Virus record (IMG/VR): IMGVR_UViG_3300025771_000129
Coordinates: 1 to 29,207 of that record
Reading direction: 5' to 3' (one strand)
DNA: 29,207 nt
DNA from: a virus
Taxonomy: Duplodnaviria > Caudoviricetes
The position numbers and the translations under genes were made by a program. Each line of letters begins with the position of its first letter. Within the stretch, counting starts at the first letter, position 1. The notes beneath the pieces are model-generated. The model worked only from the letters and a program-made list of their open reading frames with translations. It made no database searches and had not been told where the DNA came from. This document shows, piece after piece, positions 16,743-24,700 of the stretch.

Positions 16743-19325
16743 ATGGCAAAATATAGTTCTGGAAGAGTAAGAAAATTTGGTCCGACAGGAATAACATCTG
16801 ACAGATATGATTTTCTTGGTTTAGAGCAAGCAGAACCAGATTTAGGTGATCCTAAGATTGGTGTTGGCTCTACCATCAACAATCCATATCCAAGTAGTCC
16901 ATTACCAGCAGAAACTTATGTTCTAGTAAGTGTACCAGAAGATTCTGGTGGTAAGACTGGAAGTAGATATTGGGTAGAATTAAATGATATTAAAGGATTT
17001 CAAGGTACACAAGGACTACAAGGAATAAAGGGGCAAGATGGTATTGCCATTGATGGTCAAGATGGATTGCAGGGTAGACAAGGAACACAAGGTTTAAGTA
17101 ATCAAGGTGTTCAAGGACTTCAAGGTCTAAGTGTTCAGGGCACTCAAGGTCTGAGTGTTCAGGGTAGTCAAGGACTCAGTGGAAGTGCTGCTGCATGGAC
17201 AAGAAAAACATCAAATTATACAATGTCTGATGGTGATCAGATAATAGCAGACACTACTGGAGGATCATTTACACTAACATTACCATCTTCACCTTCTGGC
17301 GGAGAAGTTGTCAGAATTGCTGATGGAGGCGATTGGAAAACGACAAATTTAATAATTGGTAGAAATGGATCTAAACTTGAGGGATATTCTGAAAATCTAA
17401 CTGTAGATATTGGTAATACAATTTTAGATATTATTTACGAATATGATAGTTCAACACCAGCAAATTCAACTTGGCAAGTTTATTCTTCTCTTGGTGCTCA
17501 GGGAATTAGAGGTAGTCAAGGTGTTCAAGGACCTAGAGGAAGTCAAGGGTTTCAAGGTCTGCAGGGCGTTGGTGATCAAGGTGTCCAGGGTCTGCAGGGT
17601 AATCAAGGTCTAAGTCACCAGGGAACTAGAGGAAGTCAAGGATTCCAAGGAATTCAAGGTCTACAAGGTGATCAAGGACTCCAAGGATTGCAAGGTTTAA
17701 GTCACCAGGGTTCTCAAGGTACTCAAAGTTTTCAAGGACTACAGGGAGTACAAGGTAAAGGTTGGCAAGGATCGCAAGGACTCCAAGGATTACAAGGACT
17801 CCAAGGATTGCAAAGCAATCAAGGATTGCAAGGTAATCAAGGATTGCAAGGTGGAAAAAATGCAATCAGTTATGCAATTATAGATGCAGATGAATCAGAC
17901 TCATTATTAACAAGTGGTATCAGTTTAACTACACCATCTGCAGTTACTGGTATGCCATCCAGTTCTGAAGTTCCGTTAAACACTCCAATATTTGTATTTA
18001 CTGGAAATGCTGCAAATGTCGATAGATATGTGCAATCCGATTCTAGGATATATCTTACTAAAGTTCAAGACTTAATTTTTTACATATCTAAAGCAGATAA
18101 CACCAATTGGGGAGACATACCAGAATCTTCAGATTTTCTAGAATTAGAATATTCTGTTGATGGTTCTACATGGACACAAATTGGATCTGATATAATCACG
18201 GCCGCATCTGCTGCACAATGGACATTATTTGAATTTGAGGTTCCATTGGGAGCAAAAGTTTACAGTGGCGTATATTTAAGACTAATACAAAAAACCCATA
18301 CTGGAGGTATCTATGATAACTGGGCTTGTACATCTATTCTTGCCCAGTTTACTGGATCTCAAGGTGTTCAAGGTTTAAGTAATCAGGGTGCTCAAGGTAA
18401 CCAAGGTCTTCAAGGTAACCAAGGTCTTCAAGGTCTTCAAGGTCTTCAAGGTCTTAGCAATCAAGGCGCACAAGGATTGCAAGGATCGGTAGGAAATTCC
18501 AATGCTATTACATATTCCTTAATTGATCCTTTTGATAATAGTTTAATTCTGGATGGTGTTAATATCGTTACAGTTTCATCGACCAGTGGAATGCCAACAA
18601 TAAGTAATGTCATCACTTCAAGTACTTCTATATTTAAATTTAATGCTCTCCCTTCTAGTGGTATTAGACATGTGGAACTAGATGGGAGAGTATATTTGAG
18701 ATATGTCACCACAATGTATTTCTATTTGAGTGTGGGTGGATATACTTGGGGCGATGCCCCAGAACCCGCTGGTGAAGATTTTTATCTAGAATATTCTCAT
18801 GATGGTTCTGCATGGACTCCCCTTTACGTCACTCCCACCGAAATCGGCGTAGATGTGACTGATCATACAAGTGCTAACTGGGTACTTTATTCTGTAAATG
18901 TTCCCACTCAGGTAAAAACTTTTGGTGGAGTATACTTAAGATATTCTCAATATAGCATCACAAATACTTCTGTAGATGGTTTTGGTTTAGGGGATAACTG
19001 GGCGGTTACAGCACTACTTGCAGACATTAGTGGAATACAGGGTGCTCAAGGTACTCAAGGTACTCAAGGTACTCAAGGACTCGATGGTGAGTTTGCAGGA
19101 CAAGGACTCCAAGGACCCCAAGGACTTCAGGGAAGAATTGGGATAGGTGATAAAGGTGATCAAGGTACTCAAGGAATTCAATCAGTACAAGGACTACAAG
19201 GCGTACAAGGACTGGACGGTGAGTTTGCAGGACAAGGACTTCAAGGACTTCAAGGAATCCAATCAGCACAAGGATTGGCAGGATCTGATGATGTAAGTCT
19301 TATTATATTATCAATGCTCTTTTAA
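16743..19325 (+). CDS. Collagen-like fibre protein with a gp9/gp10-like domain and two Reelin-subrepeat-like (Asp-box) domains
   Basis: Four G-X-Q blocks. The segment ADTTGGSFTLTLPSSPSGGEVVRIAD...IGRNGSKLEG is gp9/gp10-like. Two homologous domains carry LEYSxDGSxW...W....VP.......VYLRxxQ...DNWA. Confidence 0.75.
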   Translation: MAKYSSGRVRKFGPTGITSDRYDFLGLEQAEPDLGDPKIGVGSTINNPYPSSPLPAETYVLVSVPEDSGGKTGSRYWVELNDIKGFQGTQGLQGIKGQDGIAIDGQDGLQGRQGTQGLSNQGVQGLQGLSVQGTQGLSVQGSQGLSGSAAAWTRKTSNYTMSDGDQIIADTTGGSFTLTLPSSPSGGEVVRIADGGDWKTTNLIIGRNGSKLEGYSENLTVDIGNTILDIIYEYDSSTPANSTWQVYSSLGAQGIRGSQGVQGPRGSQGFQGLQGVGDQGVQGLQGNQGLSHQGTRGSQGFQGIQGLQGDQGLQGLQGLSHQGSQGTQSFQGLQGVQGKGWQGSQGLQGLQGLQGLQSNQGLQGNQGLQGGKNAISYAIIDADESDSLLTSGISLTTPSAVTGMPSSSEVPLNTPIFVFTGNAANVDRYVQSDSRIYLTKVQDLIFYISKADNTNWGDIPESSDFLELEYSVDGSTWTQIGSDIITAASAAQWTLFEFEVPLGAKVYSGVYLRLIQKTHTGGIYDNWACTSILAQFTGSQGVQGLSNQGAQGNQGLQGNQGLQGLQGLQGLSNQGAQGLQGSVGNSNAITYSLIDPFDNSLILDGVNIVTVSSTSGMPTISNVITSSTSIFKFNALPSSGIRHVELDGRVYLRYVTTMYFYLSVGGYTWGDAPEPAGEDFYLEYSHDGSAWTPLYVTPTEIGVDVTDHTSANWVLYSVNVPTQVKTFGGVYLRYSQYSITNTSVDGFGLGDNWAVTALLADISGIQGAQGTQGTQGTQGLDGEFAGQGLQGPQGLQGRIGIGDKGDQGTQGIQSVQGLQGVQGLDGEFAGQGLQGLQGIQSAQGLAGSDDVSLIILSMLF
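16995..19283 (+). repeat. Four collagen-like G-X-Q blocks (about 16995-17174, 17493-17852, 18354-18485, 19032-19283)
   Basis: Same CAAGG periodicity and interruption motifs as 12773-13690. GLDGEFAGQGLQG occurs twice in the last block. Confidence 0.9.
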
Positions 19326-19331
19326 TAAATA
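19324..19331 (+). promoter_or_regulatory. T4-type late promoter AATAAATA
   Basis: NATAAATA overlapping the upstream stop, 21 nt before ATG 19353. Confidence 0.65.
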
Positions 19332-19352
19332 CAATATAATAGGATTTACTGT

Positions 19353-19718
19353 ATGACAGCACCAAATATTAGAAATCCATCTTCAATAATAGGAAAAACA
19401 AATATAACATCCAATCTTACAACATCGCTTGCAAGTGTATTAACAAATGCCAGTGCAAGTGGAAAAGTATTTAAGATTAATAGTATTTTTGCAGCTAATA
19501 TAAGTGGAACTACTGATGGTAGTGTAAGTGTAGCAATATACGATGCTAACACTTCTACGACATGTTATTTGGCATATACTATTGATGTACCAGCAGATTC
19601 TACCCAGGTTATTTCTACAAAAGAAACATATTTTTATGTTCAAGAAAATGTATCAATACAAGCATCCAGAGCTACTGCTAATATTTCATTAACTATTGGA
19701 TATGAAGAAATATCTTAA
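19353..19718 (+). CDS. Small beta-rich virion protein (fibre adaptor-like), 121 aa
   Basis: MTAPNI...IIGKT, SGKVFKINSIFAAN and LAYTIDVPADST..GYEEIS. Its pattern resembles the 113-aa protein. Confidence 0.65.
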   Translation: MTAPNIRNPSSIIGKTNITSNLTTSLASVLTNASASGKVFKINSIFAANISGTTDGSVSVAIYDANTSTTCYLAYTIDVPADSTQVISTKETYFYVQENVSIQASRATANISLTIGYEEIS

Positions 19719-19723
19719 CTAAA

Positions 19724-20896
19724 ATGAGATTAGGTCTTTTAGGAACTCCATCAGGAACGCTTGCACAAAGGACTGCTAGAATAGGAGTTCAAAAATTAGA
19801 AAAAACTCCATCTGGAATTCTGGGAAAAATTTCTGATAGATCAAAAGATAAGTTTAGAGGATCTATATCTGGAATGTATCGACCAGAAGATAATGTAACT
19901 AGAAAAAAATATGGCAAAGACTATCGAAATTTTATTTGGTCGGTAGCGTTCAGTAGTATTCAATCTACTTTATCCAATTACCCACTATGTGCAGACCTTG
20001 GATATAATGGAAAAACCCTAATTAATGGTGTGGGTATATTGAGTGGACCATTTTATAATGCATATGGTTCATTTAAAATAAAACAACTTTATCAAAATGG
20101 ATCTATGTCCGGTGGAATCGACTACTCTGATAGAAATATTTTATGGAGATATTGGTATACTGTCTTTGATTACATTTTATTTTATCCTCAAGTCTCTAGT
20201 GTTGCTTGGTCCAGAGATGGTAGGCATCTATTAGTGCTCGGTGAACTCGTGAGGTATCAATTTTCCAACGCGTCGACATATATAACCCGAGGTGGATCAA
20301 TAATGATGGTATGGGACACAAGTTCAGCTTGGTCTTATACCACTTTAACTGGACACACCAATCAAAGTTCTAATATTGACGCTATTGGTGTAGAACCATG
20401 GTACCATTTTTGTAATCAATGGAGTGAAGGATCGTTACCACTTTATGGTGAAGATTGTTGCTGGAATGATGATGGAACTAAAATATATCGGTATAATCGT
20501 ACAACTTCAAGTACTCCAGGAACATATGAAAATGTAATAATTCAAAGTAATTTAAATACTGCATATAATATTGGTTACAGTTCCCCTAGTTTTTCCGGAA
20601 CTTTAAATGCCGCTACGTTGAGTGTGGGTCAAATATATTCATTTTGGTTTAGTGATGATGGATATTATGTTTATACTTATGCGAGAGATGGTTACATTTA
20701 TCAATATAAACTTTCCACTGCTTGGTCCATATCAACTGCTTCTACCCCTACTAGTGTTGATATATCTGCTCTTGGATTATCCTCATCGAGGAGATATGCA
20801 CGGAATTATAGGGATCATCAACTTATGATAGCATCCATAGCATCTCCATCGACATATAAAACGACTTTTTATGAGACGAGGCAATCTTGGTATTGA
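19724..20896 (+). CDS. Beta-propeller-like protein, candidate receptor-binding protein
   Basis: Blade motifs WSRDGRHLLV, WNDDGTKIY and FSDDGYYVY with YQYKLSTAWSISTAS and QSNLNTAYNI. Rich in aromatic residues. Confidence 0.6.
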   Translation: MRLGLLGTPSGTLAQRTARIGVQKLEKTPSGILGKISDRSKDKFRGSISGMYRPEDNVTRKKYGKDYRNFIWSVAFSSIQSTLSNYPLCADLGYNGKTLINGVGILSGPFYNAYGSFKIKQLYQNGSMSGGIDYSDRNILWRYWYTVFDYILFYPQVSSVAWSRDGRHLLVLGELVRYQFSNASTYITRGGSIMMVWDTSSAWSYTTLTGHTNQSSNIDAIGVEPWYHFCNQWSEGSLPLYGEDCCWNDDGTKIYRYNRTTSSTPGTYENVIIQSNLNTAYNIGYSSPSFSGTLNAATLSVGQIYSFWFSDDGYYVYTYARDGYIYQYKLSTAWSISTASTPTSVDISALGLSSSRRYARNYRDHQLMIASIASPSTYKTTFYETRQSWY

Positions 20897-20921
20897 CACC
20901 CAATCAGATGTGTGCTATCAT
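20893..20921 (+). promoter_or_regulatory. Host sigma70-type (early) promoter
   Basis: TTGACA (20893-20898), a 17-nt spacer, and TATCAT (20916-20921) with an extended -10 TG at 20913-20914. Confidence 0.8.
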
Positions 20922-20944
20922 AGACAGGTATTCATAGAATTCAA

Positions 20945-21139
20945 ATGATTGAACAGGATTATCTAACTCGCTGTGTTGTCGATCCAATGGCGAGAAAGTT
21001 TTATCTTTATTCTAGTGAAGGTAATGAAAAAACCATTGAATGTGATGATGTCGAACAATTCATGGATGTTTTGGAGGTTGTCCGTCACTTTCTTGATGAT
21101 GATAGTGATTGCCTTGCTTATACCAATCCACTGATCTAA
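20945..21139 (+). CDS. Small acidic hypothetical protein (64 aa)
   Basis: ATG just downstream of the sigma70 promoter; fills the space on the coding strand. Confidence 0.75.
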   Translation: MIEQDYLTRCVVDPMARKFYLYSSEGNEKTIECDDVEQFMDVLEVVRHFLDDDSDCLAYTNPLI

Positions 21140-21141
21140 TT

Positions 21142-21315
21142 ATGGAGATTTACACCTTGAAGGAATGGGAAGAAAATTTTGATGAACTTCTTGAACGAGT
21201 GGAGAATGGAGAACACATTGGCATTGTGAAAGATGATGGAACTGCATCTGTCATGATTCCTGCAGACGGCGAAATATACAAATTGTACGTTGACAATAAC
21301 AACGAAGCGTGCTAA
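21142..21315 (+). CDS. Phd/YefM antitoxin-like protein (57 aa)
   Basis: MEIYTLKEWEENFDELLERVENGEHIGIVKDDGTASVMIP matches the Phd/YefM N-terminal pattern (NF.ELL..V..GE...I...G....V..P). ATG 21142 is preferred over the track start at 21109. Confidence 0.65.
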   Translation: MEIYTLKEWEENFDELLERVENGEHIGIVKDDGTASVMIPADGEIYKLYVDNNNEAC

Positions 21316-21322
21316 AATTATT

Positions 21323-21345
21323 TCAGATCTATGGATCTGATTTTT
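21323..21345 (+). terminator. Hairpin plus T-tract (possible intrinsic terminator)
   Basis: TCAGATC-tatg-GATCTGA followed by TTTTT. The stem is weak and AT-rich. Confidence 0.45.
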
Positions 21346-21346
21346 A

Positions 21347-21418
21347 GGGACTGTCGCCTATTGGTTAAGGCCCACTGCTTATAACGGTGTGAACGGAGTT
21401 CAATTCTCCGCAGTCCTA
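21347..21418 (+). tRNA. trnI: tRNA-Ile (anticodon UAU), no encoded CCA
   Basis: Acceptor stem GGGACTG/CAGTCCT, D-arm GCC-TATTGGTTAA-GGC, anticodon arm CACTG-CTTATAA-CGGTG, T-arm CGGAG-TTCAATT-CTCCG, discriminator A. Confidence 0.93.
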
Positions 21419-21425
21419 TTTAAAA

Positions 21426-21433
21426 AATAAATA
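21426..21433 (+). promoter_or_regulatory. T4-type late promoter AATAAATA
   Basis: NATAAATA 12 nt upstream of ATG 21446. The region is A-rich, so a chance match is possible. Confidence 0.45.
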
Positions 21434-21445
21434 AAGGAAAAACAA

Positions 21446-21754
21446 ATGTCCTTTAAATACAGAATCACCAGCGAATATTGTTGGTATCTTAACGGTACCA
21501 TGATAGTGAAGATGTATTTTATAAATCAAATTCCATTTACATTTGATGAACTTCCTGAGGGACATTTGTGTGATAAAGATTTAGTAGAAGAAGCAAATAA
21601 ACATATAAGTTATGAACCAGAAGACTTATACAGGAGTTCTTTCTACTTGATAGATGAAGAAGTACATCCTTGCCTATTCCCTGTTGATTTAGAAAATCCG
21701 GAAGACATGCCAGATGACGAATATTGCTATTTTGATGAGGAGGATTTGACTTGA
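21446..21754 (+). CDS. Acidic hypothetical protein (102 aa)
   Basis: AAAGGA RBS-like sequence upstream; ORF lies on the coding strand between the tRNA and the fibre gene. Confidence 0.75.
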   Translation: MSFKYRITSEYCWYLNGTMIVKMYFINQIPFTFDELPEGHLCDKDLVEEANKHISYEPEDLYRSSFYLIDEEVHPCLFPVDLENPEDMPDDEYCYFDEEDLT

Positions 21755-21760
21755 TAAATA
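21753..21760 (+). promoter_or_regulatory. T4-type late promoter GATAAATA
   Basis: Overlaps the upstream stop, 32 nt before ATG 21793. Confidence 0.65.
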
Positions 21761-21792
21761 CATCATAGAAATATTTCGTCAAAGATAGTAAG

Positions 21793-24700
21793 ATGCCTCT
21801 TAATAAGTTAGATAATTTTATCAAGAATACTGAGGGAAGAATCCTATATGTGAATCCAAGTGATCTTGATTCTACTGATTCAATTACAAATGAAGGTAAT
21901 TCACTTGCTCAACCTTTTAAAACGGTTCAAAGGGCGTTATTAGAAGCAGCTAGATTTTCATATTTGCAAGGAAATAATAACGACATTACCGAAAAGACTA
22001 CTATATTATTATTCCCAGGAGAACATATAATTGACAATAGACCTGGTTATGCAATTTATAATAATAGTAACGTTGCATATGTTACTCCGGTCGAAGGTGG
22101 TGTAGGAACTCCTGCAATTACCACATTAAGTTTAGAATTAGATAGTAATTTTGATTTAACGCAAAAAGATAATATCCTTTATAAGTTTAATAGTGTTTAT
22201 GGCGGTGTAATAGTACCAAGAGGAACATCTATTGTTGGTCTTGATTTAAGAAAAACAAAGATTAGACCAAAATATGTTCCAAATCCAACAGACGATACTA
22301 TCCCAAATTCTGCAATTTTTAGAATTACTGGTGCTTGCTATTTTTGGCAGTTTTCTGTATTTGATGGTAGAGATAGTGAAACTGTATATACAAATCCAAG
22401 ATCTTTTGATGCTGAGTACACATCATCACCGAGATTTAGTCATCACAAATTAACTGTTTTTGAATATGCTGACGGTGTTAATACAGTAAATAGAGAAAAA
22501 TTCTCATCACTAACAGATCTTGACATGTATTACCATAAAGTTGGTAATGCGTATAATGTTTACAGATCTATTGAAAATGCTTCAAAATTCCCAAGATCAG
22601 AATTATCATTTGCAAAACAGACTCCAGAATGGCAGATTGTTGGTGCATTTAAGAGTGACCCAATTAATGTATCCAATATTATATCTGGCAATGGTACTAC
22701 AGCTACCGACAGAATTACTGTAACTACAAATGTCGCTCATGAGTTAAGTGCTGGAACTCCAATTAGAATTCGCGGAGTTGGTACATCTCAATATAATATT
22801 TCAACAGTTGTTCAAGATATTATTAGTTCTACACAATTTACATATCTACTTGAAACATTTCCAATTAACTTAAACGCTTCCCCAAGACTCAATAATGCTA
22901 CAGTTACTGTAGAAACTGATACTGTTGGTGGTGCATCTCCATATGTATTCAATATCTCATTGAGAACCGTATGGGGTATGAATGGGATGCACGCCGATGG
23001 TGCAAAAGCATCTGGATTCCGTTCCATGGTTGTGGCACAGTTCACAGCAGTTTCTCTGCAGAAAGATGATAGAGCTTTTGTTAAATATAATCCTTCAACA
23101 AGAGTTTATGATGGTATAGATTATGGAGTTGTAACTGGTGATGATTTACCAGCACAAGCATCTTCAACAGTTACAGAAAAAGTATATCATTTAGATCAAG
23201 ATGCAATTTATAGACCTGGATGGGAAACAAGTCACATCAAGGCATCAAATGACTCATTTATTCAAATTGTATCTGTCTTTGCTATCGGATTTACATATCA
23301 TTTTGATATCAACTCTGGAGCAGATGCTTCTATTACAAACTCCAACTCAAACTTTGGGCAAGTTGCACTTAAATCTTCTGGATTTAAATCGGAAGCATTC
23401 GATAAAGATAATCATGCATACATCACATCAATTGTTGCACCAAGATCTATAGATTCTTCTATACCAGATCAAATTGACTGGTTGCAACTTGATGTTCCAA
23501 AAACTAGAACTGTTGGAGATTCTACCAAATTATTCTTATCTGGTTTTACATCTAGAAGTTCTGAACCAACATCTTTAGTTCAGGGTTATAGAATTGGTGC
23601 TAAATCTAAAGATGTAATTACCATTGATCAGGGATCAAGTAGTTATAGTGCCGCAGTATACATGACAGGCACAAATAATCAATTGAATAGAAATGAAAAA
23701 TCTTATGATGTTCAGTATATCAGTTATCAAAATCATTTTTACATTGGATCTAACAACCTAAAAACTGGTGAAACAGTTATAATTAATAGTTCCACAGGAG
23801 ATCTTCCCGAAAACATTAAAGAGCATAGTGTTTATTTCGCAATTACTCAAGACACTGATGTTTATAATGCAGTATCAAATCCAGAGGGTCTTCGTAGTAG
23901 TGAATTTATTAAATTAGCATCATCATACACATACGCATTTTTGGGAGAAGCAGTCTCTTCTTATCAGGGAAGTGGACTAACAATTAAGAGTAGAATATCC
24001 GATAAAAATGCTGGCGACATTGGATCACCAATTCAATGGGATACATCTAATAATCAATGGTATATTAATGTTAAGTCCAATAATGCTATTTACAATTCAT
24101 TCTTAGATTCTGGAGTTGGATATGATCCTAATGATGATGCTAAGTATTCAGATTCTACAGATTTAGCATATGTCACTAGAATCGCAGATGAAAGAGCACT
24201 AGATGAGAAAACATATAAACTAAGAGTTGTCATACCAAAAGAAGCATATAATGCAAAAAATCCAGAGATCGGATTTATTCTTCAAGATTCTAGTTTTACT
24301 GGTGCTCTTACCGATAATGATATTCCTGGTCACACATCTTCTAGAACTACGCTACCATTAAGCAATACATCATATAATAGAAATACCAAATTTATTAAAA
24401 CTGCAGAAAAAGTTGGTTCATTATTAAAGTATACCACAGAACTTCCACATAGAGTAAAAGTTAATGACACTGTAATTATTAGAAATGTAAAAGATTCTAG
24501 TGAAACTACAACAGGTCAATTCAATAGAGGATATAATGGATCATTTACTGTCGATAGTTTAGTTGATGAGTATAGTTTTTATGTAAGTTATAAGGACATA
24601 CTTGATATACAACATGATCCAGGAACATTCCAAAACGATACAACTCAAACTAGAACAGTAAGTGAACTTCCAACTCTCGAAAGAAATGATATAAAATCAA

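Noticed and set aside
19724-20896. Diversity-generating retroelement target
   Set aside because: No reverse transcriptase and no template/variable repeat pair with adenine-specific mismatches were seen in the window.
21109-21141. Track start for the 68-aa ORF
   Set aside because: It is a non-ATG start overlapping the upstream gene; the Phd-like pattern begins at ATG 21142.
21378-21384. Suppressor tRNA (TTA anticodon) implying stop-codon recoding
   Set aside because: The 7-nt loop CTTATAA places TAT at positions 34-36, and genes end normally at TAA, TAG and TGA.
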